Assembly (NCBI RefSeq): GCF_018350175.1
Contig: NC_058368.1
Coordinates: 53,198,001 to 53,262,000, forward strand
DNA: 64,000 nt
Source of the DNA: Felis catus
Lineage: Eukaryota
Reading direction: 5' to 3'
Each line of letters begins with the position of its first letter. Positions within the stretch are counted from its first letter, which is position 1. The translations under genes were made by a program, and so were the position numbers. Under the pieces are notes generated by a model. The model was given only the letters and a program-made list of their open reading frames with translations, was not told the origin of the DNA and ran no database searches. This document shows, piece by piece, positions 38,008 to 50,779 of this stretch.

Positions 38008-39129
38008 ATGACAAAATGAAGGAATTCACCCCAAAACAAAGAGCAGGAAGAAACGACAGCCAGGGACTTAACCAACAAAGATACAAACAAGATGTCTGAG
38101 CCACAGACTTTAGAAACAGGATAATAAGGGGGCACCTGGGTGTCTCAGTCAATTGGGCATCTGACTTCAGCTCAGGTCATGATCTCATGGTTGGTAGGTT
38201 CGAGTCCCGCATCGAGCTCTGTGCTGGCAGCTCAGAACCTGGAACCTGCTTCAGATTCTGTGTCTCCCTCTCTCTCTGCCCCTCCCCCACTTGCACTCTG
38301 TCTCTCTCTGTCTCTTGAAAATAAATAAATGTTAAAAAAAAATTTAAAAAATCACAATAATAAGAATACTAGCTGGAGTTGAAAATAGATTAGAATCCCT
38401 TTCTGCAGAGATAAAAGAAGTAAAAGCTAGTCAGGATGAAATAAAAAATACCATAACTGAGCTGCAATCTCGAATGGATGCCACGGCAGCAAGGATGGAT
38501 CGGCAGAACAGAGAATCAGCTATATAGAGGACAAACTTACAGAGAATAGTGAAGCAGAAAAAAAGAGGGAGATTAAGGCAAAAGAGCACGATTTAAGAAT
38601 TAGAGAAATTAATGACTCATTAACAAGGAACAACATCAGAATCATAGGGGTCCCAGAAGAGGAAGAGAGGGTATGGTAGGGGCAGAAGGGTTATGTGAGC
38701 AAATCATAGCGGAAAACTTTCCTAATCTGGGGAAAGACACAGACATCAAAATCCAGGAAGCACAGAGAACCCCCCCCCCATTAGATTCAACAAAAACCAA
38801 CCACCAACAAGGCATATCATAGTCAAATTCACAAAATACTCAGGCAGGGAGAGAATCATGAAAGCAGCAAGGGAAAAAAGTCCTTAACCTACAAGGGAAG
38901 ACAGAGAAGTTTTGCAGCAGACCTATCCACAGAAACTTGGCAGACCAGAAAGAAGTGGCAGGATATATTCAATGTACTGAATCAGAAAAATATGCAGCCA
39001 AGAATTCTTTATCCAGCAAGACTGTCATTCAAAATAGGAGAGATACAAAGTTTCCCAGACAAACAAAACTTAAAGGAGCTCGTGACCACTAAACCAGACC
39101 TGCAAGAATTTTTAAGGGGGACTCTCTGA
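38008..39129 (+). pseudogene. L1 ORF1 remnant (stop at codon 4, SINE insertion, frameshifts)
   Basis: ATG ACA AAA TGA; ORF1p motifs in AACAACATCAGAATCATAGGGGTCCCAGAA and CCAAGAATTCTTTATCCAGCAAGACTGTCATTC. Confidence 0.9.
38129..38351 (+). mobile_element. CanSINE in L1 ORF1
   Basis: Head and tail; diverged TSD ending ATAATAAG. Confidence 0.95.
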
Positions 39130-39239
39130 GGGGAGGAAAGGTGGAAAAAAACCCAAATAAATAAATAAAGACCAAAAGCAATAAAGACTAGAAAGGACCA
39201 GAGAACACCACCAGAAACTCCAACTCTACAAGCAACATA

Positions 39240-42200
39240 ATGGCAATAAATTCATATCTTTGAGTACTCACTCTAAATGTCAATGGACTCAATACTCCAA
39301 TCAAAACACATAGGGTAACAGAATGGATAAGAAAACAAGACCCATCTATATTCTGTTTACAAGAGACCCACTTTAGACCTAAAGACACCTTCAGATTGAA
39401 AGTAAGGGGATGGAGAACCATCTATCATGCTAATGGTCAACAAAAGAAAGCCGGGGTAGCCATGCTTATATCAGACAATTTAGACATTAAAATAAAGACT
39501 GTATCAAGAGATGCGGAAGGGCATTATATCATAATCAAGGGGTCTATCCACCAAGAAGACCTAACAATTCTAAAGATTTATGTGCCAAATGTGAGAGCAC
39601 CCAAATATATAAATCAGTTAATCACAAACATAAAGAAACTCATTGATAGTAATACCATAATAGTAGGGGACTTCAACACCCCACTCACAACAATAAACAG
39701 ATCATCTAACTAAAAAATCAACAAGGAAACAATGGCTTTGAATGACACACTGGACCAGATGGACCTAACAGATATATTCAGAACATTTCATCCTAAAGTA
39801 GCGGAATATACATTCTTCTCCAGTGCGCATGGAACGTTCTCCAGAATAGACCACATACTAGGACACAAGTCAGCCCTCAACAATACAAAAAGATTGAGAT
39901 GATACTGTGCATATTTTCAGACCATAACGCTATGAAACTTGAAGTCAAACACAAGAAAAAATTTGGAAAGGTAACAAATACTTGGAGACTGAAGAACATC
40001 CTACTAAAGAATGAATGGACTAACCAAGAAGTTAAAGAGGAAATTAAAAAGTTCATGGAAGCCAATGAAAATGATAACACCACAACCCAAAACTTCTGGG
40101 ATGCAGCAAAGGCGGTCATAAGAGGAAAGTATGTAGCAATCCAGGCCTTCCTAAAGAAGGAAGAAAGATCTCAGATACACAACCTAACCTTATGCCTTAA
40201 AGAGCTGGAAAAAGAACAGCAAATAAAACCCAAAACCAGCAGAAGACAAGAAATAATAAAGATTAGAGCAGAAATTAATGCTATCGAAACCAAAAGAACA
40301 GTAGAACAGATAAATGAACCAGAAGCTGGTTCTTTGAAAGAATTAACAAAATTGATAAATCACTAGCCAGTTTGATCAAAAAGAAAAAGGAAAGGACCCA
40401 AATAAATAAAATCCAGAAAGAAAGAGGAGAGATCACAACCAACACAGCAGAAATAAAAACAATACTAAGAGAATATTATGAGCAATTATATGCCAATAAA
40501 ATGGACCATCTGGAGGAAATGGACAAATTCCTAGAAACATATACACTACCAAAACTGAAACAGGAAGAAATAGAAAATTTGAACAGACCCATAACAGTAA
40601 AGAAATCGAATTAGTAATCAAAAATCTCCCAAAGAAATGAGAGTCCAGGGCCAGATGGCTTTCCAGGGGAATTCTACCAAACATTTAAGGAAGAGTTAAC
40701 ACCTATTCTCTTGAAGCTGTTCCAAAAAATAGAAAGGGAAGGAAAACTTCCGAACTATTTCTATGAAGCCAGCATTACCTTGATTCCAAAATCAGAGACC
40801 CCACTAAAAAGGAGAACTATAGACCAATTTCCCTGATGAACATGGATGCAAAAATCCTCAGCAAGATATTAGCCAACCGGATCCAACAATACATTAAAAA
40901 AATTATTCACTGGGGCGCCTGGGTGGCGCAGTCGGTTAAGCGTCCGACTTCAGCCAGGTCACGATCTCGCGGTCCGGGAGTTCGAGCCCCGCGTCGGGCT
41001 CTGGGCTGATGGCTCAGAGCCTGGAGCCTGTTTCCAATTCTGTGTCTCCCTCTCTCTCTGCCCCTCCCCCGCTCATGCTCTGTCTCTCTCTGTCCCAAAA
41101 ATAAATAAATGTTGAAAAAAAATTAAAAAAAAAATTATTCACTAAAACCAAGTGGGATTTATACCTGGGATTCAGGGCTGGTTCAATATCTGCAAAACAA
41201 TCAATGTGATTGATCACATCAATGTAAGAAAGGACAAGAACCATATGATCCTCTCAATAGATGCAGAGAAAGCATTTGACAAAATACAGCATCCTTTCTT
41301 CATAAAAACCCTCAAGAAAGCAGGGATAGAAGGATCATACCTCAAGATCTTAAAAGCCATATATGAAAGACCCAACGCTAATATCATCCTCAATGGGGAA
41401 AAACTGAGAGCTTTCCCCCTAAGGTCAGGAACAAGATGGGGATGTCCACTCTCAGCACTGTTATTCAACATAGTATTGGAAGCCTTAGCCTCTGCAATCA
41501 GATAACACAAAGAAATAAAAGACATCAGCCAGGAGGAGGTCAAACTTTCGCTCTTCACGGATGACATGATACTCTATATGGAAAACCCTAAAGATTCCAC
41601 CAAAAAACTGTTAGAACTGATCCATGAATTAACTTGCAGGATATAAAATCAATTCACAGAAATCAGTTGCATTCTTTTACACCAGCAATGAAGCGACAGA
41701 AAGAGAAATCAAGGAATCGATCCCATTTATAGTTACACAAAAAAACGTAAAATACCTAGAAATAATCTAACCAAAGAGGTGAAAAATCCATACACTGAAA
41801 ACTATAGAAAGCTTATGAAAGAAATTGAAGAAGACACAAAAAAAATGGAAAAAGTTTCCATGCTCCTGGATAGGAAGAACAAATATTGTTAAAATGTCGA
41901 TACTACCCAAAGCAATCTACATATTCAATGCAATCCCTATCAAAATAACACCAGCATTCTTCACAGCACTAGGACAAATAATCCTAAAGCTTGTACAGAA
42001 CCAGAAAAGACCCAAAATAGCCAAAGCAATCTTGAAAAAGAAAACCAAAGCAGGAGGCATCACAATCTCAGACCTCAAGCTGTACTACAAAATTATAATC
42101 ATCAAGACAGTATGGTACTGCCACAAAAACAAACACTCAGATCAATGGAACAAGATAGAGAACCCAGAAATGGACCCAAAAATGTATGGCCAACTAATCT

Positions 42201-43070
42201 TTGACAAAGAAGGAAAGAATAGCCAGTGGAATAAAGACTGTCTCTTCAGCAAGTTGTACTGGGAAAACTGGGCAGCAACTGTAGAAGAATGAACCCAGAC
42301 CGCTTTCTTAAACCATACACAAAAATAAACTCAAACTGGATGAAAGACCTAAATGTAAAACAGGAAGCCACCAAAGTCCTCAAGGAGAAAGCAGGCAAAA
42401 CCTCTTTGATCTTGATCGCAGCAACTGCTTACGCAACACATCTCCAGAGGGAAGGGAAACAAAAGCAAAAATGAACTATTGGGACCTCATCAAAATAAAA
42501 AGCTTCTGCACAGCAAAGGAAACAATCAGCAAAACTAAAAGGCAACCGACAGAAAGGGAGAAGATATTTTCATATGACATATCAGATAAAGGGCTAGTAT
42601 CCAAAATCTATAAAGAACTTATCAAACTCAACACCCCAAAACCAAATAATCCAGTGAAGAAATGGGCAAAAGGCATGAATAGACACTTCTCCAAGGAAGA
42701 CATCCAGATGGCCAACCGACACATGGAAAAATTCTCAACAGCACTCAGCATCAGGGAAATACAAATCAAAACCACAATGAGATACCACCTCACACCTGTC
42801 AGAATGGCTAACATTAACAACTCAGGCAACAACAGATGTTGGCAAGGATGCGGAGAAAGAGGATCTTTTCTGCATTGTTGGTAGGAATGCAAGCTGGTGC
42901 AGCCACTCTGGAAAACAGTATGGAGGTTCCTCACAAAACTAAAAATAGAACTACCCTACGACCCAGCAATTGCACTACTAGGCATTTATCCAAGGGATAC
43001 AGGTGTGCTGTTTCAAAGGGACACATGCACCCCATGTTTATAGCAGCACTATCAACAATAGCCAAAGTAT
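39240..43070 (+). pseudogene. L1 ORF2 remnant (endonuclease-RT-Cys domain), disrupted
   Basis: Endonuclease motifs IVGDFNTPL and FSDHN; RT motifs [15 protein letters not shown] and LFTDDMI (about 41550); C-terminal [16 protein letters not shown]; multiple stops. Confidence 0.95.
40912..41127 (+). mobile_element. Young felid CanSINE in L1 ORF2
   Basis: Perfect TSD AAAAAAATTATTCACT (40896-40911, 41128-41143). Confidence 0.97.
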
Positions 43071-43769
43071 GGAAAGAGCCCAAATGCCCACTGATGGATG
43101 ACTGGATAAAGAAGAAGTGGTATATATATACAATGGAGAATTACTTGGCAATCAAAAAGGATGAAATCTTGCCATTTGCTACTATGTGGCTGGAACTGGA
43201 GGGTATTATGCTAAGTGAAATTAGTCAGAGAAAGGCAAAAATCATATGACTTCACTCATATGAGGACTCTAAGACACAGAACAGATGAACATAAGGGAAG
43301 GGAAGCAAAAATAATATAAAATCAGAGAGGGGGACAAAACAGAAGAGACTCATAAATATGGAGAACAAACTGAGGGTTGCTGGAGGGGTGGTGGGAGGGG
43401 AGATGGGCTAAATGGTAAGGGACATTAAGGAACCTACTCCTGAAATCATTGTTTCACTATATGCTAACTAATTTGGATGTAAATTTTAAAAAAGTAGAAA
43501 ATAAAATTAAAAAAAATAAACCAATAAGCTACAAGATTTCACACACTTGTTTAAATATTGAACCAATCACCATGGCTCTAAAATGGAACACTAGTTATTG
43601 TGATGTACAACAATCACTTTCAAATCCCATTGTAATTGCAATAGTGTTACTTAAGGTGTTACTCTTTGTATTTGAAGCCAGGAGAACAGATAAAAGTTTC
43701 TTTAAAATGTTTGCATTGCTTCTTAGTAGAATTTCCTTTTTCATTTCCTCCTAGGTCTTTTATCATAAT

Positions 43770-43920
43770 GCATTCATTCATTCACTCACTTTATTAACTA
43801 ATTTGGCAAAAATTTATTAAGATTCCATTATGTGCCAAAAACTGTGCGAGGCACGTGGAATTCAAAGATGAATGAGCTGCATTCTTGGGATTCAAGAGAC
43901 TCACAGTCTAGGGAAAGAAA
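43770..43920 (-). mobile_element. L2 3' end
   Basis: CATTCATTCATTCAC...ATTTATTAAG...TATGTGCCA...ACTCACAGTCTAG. Confidence 0.65.
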
Positions 43921-44399
43921 CAACAATGTATCAACTGTGATACATTACTGTGTCATGTGACAAATTCTGTAATTGAGGAATGAAGCAGGAATATATGCAT
44001 AGTTTTCTTTGAATTAGTTCTTGTTTGTCTCGGGGAAAAATGAGAAGTTTGTGATACATGTATTTGTGCCCCTCAGTGCCCAGGGCATTTCTGGAATCCT
44101 TGATTTTTCCACTGTATACACTCTAGGCTCTTACCTTAAATACCATGCCTATGACACAGTTTGTCTTTTTACCTGTCATCTAATCTACCCCCAAAGAAGT
44201 ATTGATTACTCTGATGTGAGATTTCCCCTCTTTCAGAGTTGGAGTCTCAGTAGGTATATCTTGAAGAAACAACCATCTAAATACAAAATGAGGACTGGAT
44301 GTGACAGTTGACCTCTGGTTAGGGTGCCAGACGGGGGGGGGGGGGGGGGGGGCACCTGTCCCATCACAAAGGATCTGTGTCATATGGTGAGAATGAATG

Positions 44400-44585
44400 G
44401 ACCTCAGATGACAGATCTGGGTTGTAATTCATGCTCCAGCTAAATGGGTGCTCTTGGGCAAGTTTCTCAGCCTCCTTGAGTCTGTTTCCTTATTATTACA
44501 AGAGGGGAAGAATCTCTATTTCAGAGAGGCATTGTGCAAATCAAATGAGGTCAACATATATAAAATGCCTAATGTGATGCTTTGT
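44400..44585 (+). mobile_element. MIR
   Basis: TCTTGGGCAAGTTTCTCAGCCTCCTTGAGTCTGTTTCC...CAAATGAGGTCAACATATATAAAATGCCTA. Confidence 0.65.
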
Positions 44586-44649
44586 ACGTCGCACGTAACA
44601 ATAACATAACGGGGAGAGGCAGACAAGACAAAGAACTAAAATAGGGAGT

Positions 44650-45018
44650 GCCATGGTAATAAAGGCTACTGAGGAAATGAAAAGTATGGAAAGAAGGAAG
44701 GTAAAGGAAGGGGTGGTCTGCAATTTTAAACAGGGTGGGCAGTGAAGGCCTTACCAAAATATGATATTTGAAGAAAGCCATGAAAGCAGTGAGGGAAGAA
44801 GTCATGTAAAAATCTGCAAGAAGAGAATTCCAGGCAGAGGGAATAGCCAGTGCAAAGCCTGGTGTGTGTTAAAATAAACAAGGGCACCTGAGGTGCCTGG
44901 GTGACTTGGTCAGTTAAGCGTTGGGCTCTTAGTTTCGGCTCAGGTCATGGTCTCATGGTTTGTGGGTTTGAGTCCCATGTTGTGCTCTGTGCTGACAGTG
45001 CAGAGCCTGCTTGGGATT

Positions 45019-45096
<78 letters not shown>

Positions 45097-45810
45097 GTCT
45101 CTCTGTCCCTCCTCTGCTTGATCTTTATTTCTCTCTAAAAGTAAATAAACAAACATTAAAAAAATAAAACTCCTTTAAAAAATATAATAAAAAGGTCACC
45201 AGCCCTGCTGGAGAGGAATGAGCTGGGGGTGTATGCAGAGTGGAGCAGGCAGGAAACAGTAGGATACAAAGGCAGAGACAGTGGGATGGTGCAGATCATT
45301 TGGGACCTTCTCGGTTGTGACAAGCATTTGGCTTTTCCTTTAAAGGAGATGGGAAGTTTTTGGAGGTTCTTGTATGGGAGTAAGCAACATAATCTGAGTT
45401 ACACTTTAAAAGAATTTTTTGAGGGATAGACCATGTGATAAAGCAAATATTATCATGATAGAATCAAGGTTGTGGATATATGGGTTCACTGTAAAATATT
45501 TTTTTCTTTGCTATTTGTTTGAAAGGATTCATAATAAAATATTGGGGGGAAAGATTCATTCTGAGAGAGGGTCTGAGAAGAAGTCAAAGAAGTCAAAGGC
45601 AGAGCAGGAGACCAGCTGGAGGACACGGCCATAGGGCAGGGGAGAGGTAGTGGCCTGGAGAGAACCAGTGGTCCCAGACATGGGAATAAGGTTTTGAGTC
45701 TGGATATAATTTGAGGGAAGAGACATGAGAATTTAAGAGCAGGTTGGCTGCAGGGGGTGAGAGAGAGGAATCCAGGGTGATACCAAGCTCTCTGGCTGGA
45801 GTGATCGGAC
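44650..45810 (-). mobile_element. L2 fragments (split by a SINE)
   Basis: AAGAGAATTCCAGGCAGAGGGAATAGCCAGTGCAAAG, GAGATGGGAAG...TGGAGG, GAGAGAGGAATCCAGGGTGATACC motifs. Confidence 0.7.
44882..45170 (+). mobile_element. CanSINE with duplicated head and long (CT)n
   Basis: GGGCACCTG-AGGTGCCTGGGTGAC head, CT region, A tail. Confidence 0.92.
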
Positions 45811-45994
45811 AGATGTGATTACCTGTACAAGACAGCTGCCAGGCTGCTGCATTCCATGCTTTAGTTTCAGAAGAGCCCTTCCTACTGTGTCTTTGTGTCA
45901 TCCTTCCTTAAGGATCTTCCTCGTCTTCCTCAGGCCCAGTCACTCTGGCTGCACACTGCCTGCTGTGATCCCGAGCTTGGTGTTGCTATGGAGC

Positions 45995-46160
45995 AGAAAT
46001 AGCACTGAACTTGGAGTCAGAAGACTGCAAATTCTCTGCCTTCACACATCACTTAATTTTTCTGAGCCTCAGTTTCCTTATGAGGCTACAAACGCACATC
46101 AGGAATATTGGGGAGTTGAGAAAATGAGCAAGAAAACATCTGGCACAAAAGTCTTGTACA
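45995..46160 (+). mobile_element. MIR
   Basis: AGCACTGAACTTGGAGTCAGAAGACTG...CACTTAATTTTTCTGAGCCTCAGTTTCC. Confidence 0.7.
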
Positions 46161-46870
46161 TTGCACGTTTGCTCTTTCTTGTTTTATTCTTCTCACATTT
46201 CATGCCTCGCTGAAATTTGTCCATGTTGTATCTCATGGCCCTGAAGGTCTTTGATTTACTGGAAAGTCCCATGGAATTTCTGGAGTTCCGTGCTGACATT
46301 CTCAAGTGCGGAGAACTGGTCTAGGAGGCTACATGAGTTCTAGCCCTGCTTCTTCTCCGCGTGAGCTGAGTAACTTTCACAAGTTGCTTCAGTTTTCTGT
46401 GATTCTGCCTTATTATCTTGATGCTCCTTAAGGTTTCTTGCTTCTGGATATTGCCTATGAGAGGTGAATACCTGCAGAAATCTCATTTAATGCTCACAGT
46501 GATCCTGCGAAGTAGATATGCTCTGATGTGGAGACAATATTCTCATCTGTTTGGTTAAAACCATTTTGGATTCTAAATGTAAGGTTTTCAGTCCAGTTTG
46601 TTTATGTGTGAGATGTATTTAAGTTATACATTGATTTAACAGAAGTTTATTGAACACTTAGGCTCCGGGTGAGCAGGGAGGTGGACCCTTTGGAGCCCCT
46701 CAAAATCATGCTCATCCAGCTGGGACTTCCAGCGGAGAGCCACTCATGCAGCTAAACTGTGGAGAGCTGGGACAGTGTTCATAGGCAAGGCTTAGAAAAC
46801 ACTGGTAACAGACCCCGAAACAAGAGAAAACTGTGCGAAAAGACTGAAAGTAATGAGCTCGTTGATTCTT

Positions 46871-47087
46871 TTTTTCCACGTTTTTATTTAAATTCCAGTT
46901 AGTTAACATGCAGTGTAATATCAGTTTCAAGTATACAATTTAGTGTTCATCATTTACATACAATACCCAATGCTCTTCACAAGTGCCCTCCTTAATACCC
47001 ATCACCCATTTAAACCATCTCCCTACCCACCTCCCTCCATCAACCCTCAGTTTGTTCTCTATAGTTAAGAGTCTGTTTTCTGGTTTG

Positions 47088-47133
<46 letters not shown>

Positions 47134-47303
47134 CCCATGTTCACCTGTTTGTTTCTGAAATTCCATATATGAGTGAAATCATGTGATACTTGTCCTTCTC
47201 TGACTGACTGACTTTGTTTAAGATAACACTCTCCTCCATCTGTGGTGTTGCAAATGGCAAGATTTCATTTTTTTCATGACTGATTAATATTCCATTGTGT
47301 GTG

Positions 47304-47338
<35 letters not shown>

Positions 47339-47545
47339 CACATCTTCTTTATCCATTCATTCATCAGTTTATGGACATTGGGCTCTTTCAATAATTTGGC
47401 TATTGTTGATACTGCTGCTACAAACAGTCAAAATGGCTAAATTTAACAACACAGGAAACCACAGATGTTGGTGAGGATGCGGAGAAAGGGGAACCCTCTT
47501 ACACTGTTGGTGGGAATGCAAACTGGTGCAGCCATTCTTGAAAAT
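46871..47545 (-). mobile_element. 5'-truncated, 5'-inverted (twin-primed) carnivore L1
   Basis: Antisense 3' end 46871-47426, then sense ORF2 piece 47427-47543; TSD GAGCTCGTTGATTCTT / GAGTTCATTGATTCTT. Confidence 0.9.
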
Positions 47546-47562
47546 GAGTTCATTGATTCTTT

Positions 47563-47795
47563 TTTCTCTTTTAATGTTTTGTTTTTATTTTTTTAATGTT
47601 TAGTTATTTTTGAGAGAAAGAGACAGAGCACAAGCTGGAGAAGGGCAGAGAGAGAGGGAGACCCAGAATTGGAAGCAAGCTCCAGGCTCTGAGCTGTCAG
47701 CACAGAGCCCGACAAGGGACTCAAACCACAATCTGTGAGATCATGACCTGAGCTGAAGTTGGACACCCAACCCAACTGAGTCACCCAGGCACCCC
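47563..47795 (-). mobile_element. CanSINE
   Basis: Antisense full SINE lying in the tail of the adjacent short SINE. Confidence 0.93.
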
Positions 47796-47802
47796 CTTCC
47801 CC

Positions 47803-47929
47803 CTTTTTTTAAGTAGGCTTCATGCCCAGTGCAAAGCCCAACATGGAGCTTGAACTCACAACGCTGAGATCAAAACCCGAGCTGAGATCAAGAGTCAGAC
47901 ACTTAACCGACTGAGCCACCCCTGTGCCC
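47803..47929 (-). mobile_element. Short CanSINE variant lacking the (CT)n tract
   Basis: TTTTTTTAAGTAGGCT...GAGATCAAGAGTCAGACACTTAACCGACTGAGCCACC. Confidence 0.9.
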
Positions 47930-48104
47930 TAGAGCTCATTGATTCTTAAAGAGTGTCCCTCAGAGTTGTTGAAACTTCAGCCACGGAGCCTCAGCTGAAA
48001 AGGACATTTCTAAAAGAGATAAAGGGTATGTATCTCTTCTGAAGATTTGAAGACTCTTGTAAATGATTACAATCTCTTGGGACTGTTTAAAACATTCTTG
48101 TTGG

Positions 48105-48318
48105 GGGGCGCCTGGGTGGCGCAGTCGATTAAGCGTCCGACTTCAGCCAGGTCACGATCTCGCGGTCCGTGAGTTCGAGCCCCGCGTCGGGCTCTGGGCT
48201 GATGGCTCAGAGCCTGGAGCCTGTTTCCGATTCTGTGTCTCCCTCTCTCTCTGCCCCTCCCCCGTTCATGCTCTGTCTCTCTCTGTCCCAAAAATAAATA
48301 AACGTTAAAAAAAAAAAA
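48105..48318 (+). mobile_element. Young felid CanSINE
   Basis: Intact CpGs, pure A tail, perfect TSD AAAACATTCTTGTTGG (48089-48104, 48319-48334). Confidence 0.97.
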
Positions 48319-49050
48319 AAAACATTCTTGTTGGGAGATAGAGAAATGGACCAAATGGGCTCTTTTGTCTTAGAAGGCATTTAACTAGTTGTGCTGTTAT
48401 TTGTAGTGTTGTTCTGGGCCACTTCTAAACTCTTAAGCTCCAAGAGAGGAAACTCTTCCTTTCACCTCTCATGTCCACATGAATAAAGGAAAAAGGCCCA
48501 CTTACTGTCAATAACTTCATCCTCAGTGAAGGGGAGGAAGCCCAGTTGCCACTGGAAAGGAAACAAACCAGAGGAAGCTTTGGAAGCTTTTCTTTGACTG
48601 TGTTAACATGGCCAACTGTAGGCAAATGGGAAGTGGCTTCATTTTTACACTAACTTGAATTGGCAGTCATCTGAGGTTGTGCTGTGGTTCTGTGGGTGGC
48701 TGTATTTTAATGAATGCAATCAGCCTGGTCATTCAGAAGCAGGGGAGATGCTGAATGTTACATTTTCACATCTATCAGCAGAGACAGATTTAATAATTGA
48801 ATGGTCAGACTCAATAGTGGAGATAATCTGTAAACTCTTATTTAGTTTATAGAAAATATAGGTATAGCCCAGTGATGGAGTTTTGGGGGAGGAGGGTGTT
48901 CTGGCTTGTAAACGCCATCACATTACTCCGTACCTCTACCCTGTGCACAAGTACCAGAGTACAAGGTCTATTGTGTTAATACTGTGCTGATAATGTCACT
49001 GACAGTTAAAACACCAAAAATATATTGGTCAAAGTAAAGAATAAAAAATA

Positions 49051-49268
49051 GGGGCTCCTGGGTGGCTCAGTGGGTTAAGCATCTGACTTCGGCTCAGGTC
49101 ATGATCTCACGGCTCATGAGTTCAAGCCGCACATTGGGCTCTATGCTGACAGCTCAGAGCCTGAGCCTGCTTCGGATTCTGTCTCCAAATCCCTCTCTCT
49201 CTGCCCCTGCCCCGCTCACACTCTGTCTCTCTCTCTGTAAAATAAAAATTACCAAAAAATTTTTTTAA
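49051..49268 (+). mobile_element. CanSINE
   Basis: Head and tail; TSD-like GAATAAAAAAT. Confidence 0.93.
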
Positions 49269-50365
49269 TGAATAAAAAATTTAAAAAAATAATATTTTAT
49301 TTACTCAGCTTTTTGCCACAACTGAGTGACACTATTTTTAAAGCTTTATTGAAGTATAAGTGATACACAATAAACTGCATATATTTAAAATATAAACTTT
49401 GATGAGCTTTGGTGTATGTATACACCTGTAAAACCATCAGCACAGTCAAGATCAATGAACCCATCTATGTTCCTAAAAGTCTCTTTGTGCCTCTTTGTAA
49501 TCTCTCTGTTCCTTCCTTCACCAACCTCCTTCTGTCTCCTGATCAGAGACAACCGATCTGCTTTGGGTCACTAAAGTTCAGTTTGCATTTTATGGAATGT
49601 TACATAAATGGAATAAGATGATATGCACTCTTGTTTGTTCAGCTTCTCTCATTCAGTTTAGTTATTCTGAGTTAATCTATGTTCTTGCATGTATGTCACA
49701 GCAGTGTATTATTTTTTATTTCTGAGTAAATTAATTCCTTTTATTACTGAGTGGTAATCCACCGTATGGATATAGAGTAATTTATTTATCCATTCATTGG
49801 TTGATGGACATTTGAGTTGTTTCCAGTTTGGGCTAATACAGATGAAGCTGCTTGATCATTCCTTTACCAGCCTTTGGAGAGACTTATACTTTTATTTCTC
49901 TTAACTAAATGCCTACGAACGGAATAACTGAGTTGTATGGTAGGTGTGTGTTTAACTTAAAACTGTCAGAACTGTTTTCCAAAGTGATTGTACAATTTTT
50001 TATTCCTTCCATCAGTATTCTCCCCAACATTTGGTATAGAAAGTCTTTAATTTTAGCCAGTCTGCTGAAAAGGTACTGAGGATCTCATTGTAGTTTTCAT
50101 TCACATTTCCCTAATGCCTAATACTGGGCATCTTCTGATGTGCTTATTTGTCCCCTGTGTCATCTGCATGTCTCCTTTGATCATATACTTGTTCAAATCT
50201 TTTACCCATTTAAAAAAAAGTGAGTTGTCTTCTAATTGAAATGTAAGAGTTCTTCAAACATTCTGGATACGCCTTTTCTTCATATATGCACTTTGCAAAT
50301 GGTTTCCCCCAGTCTGAGGCTTATCCTTCATTTTTGTAATAATGTCTTTAGAAGAACAAAATGTT

Positions 50366-50584
50366 GGGGCACTTGGGTGGCTCAGTCGGTTGAGCGTCCG
50401 ACTTCGACTCAGGGCATGATCTCACAGTTTGTGGATTCGAGCCCCTAGTCAGGTCTGTGATGACAACTCAGAGCCTGGATCCTGCTTCAGATCCTATGTC
50501 TCCCTCTTTCTCTGCCCCTCCTCCTCTCACGCTCTGACTCTCTCTCTCTCAAAAATAAATAAAATGTCAAAAAAAAATTAAAAA
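50366..50584 (+). mobile_element. CanSINE
   Basis: TSD TTTAGAAGAACAAAATGT / TTTAGAAGAATAAAATGT. Confidence 0.95.
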
Positions 50585-50779
50585 CTTTAGAAGAATAAAA
50601 TGTGAATTTTGATGACATCCAGGTTATTATTTTATCTTATAGTTTGTGATGTTTTGTGTCCTATTAGAGAAATCTTTACTAAATGTAGGGTCACTAAGAA
50701 TTTTTCTGTTTTCTTCTAGAATTTTTGCAATTTTAACCATTACATTTAGGTGTATGATTCATTTTTAATTACATTCTGT

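Larger units (their letters stand above)
36301..43520 (+). mobile_element. Full-length but inactivated felid LINE-1 with two nested SINEs
   Basis: 5' GGGAGCCAAGATAG (cf. conserved CAAGATGG start); CpG-containing 5'UTR; ORF1 from 38008; ORF2 from 39240; 3'UTR and A tail near 43490-43520. Confidence 0.97.

Noticed and set aside
36301..43520. Potentially active L1
   Set aside because: Stops at ORF1 codon 4 and ORF2 codon 8, frameshifts and two SINE insertions
44333..44352. Long G homopolymer (G-quadruplex potential)
   Set aside because: Simple mononucleotide run, prone to assembly error; no functional context
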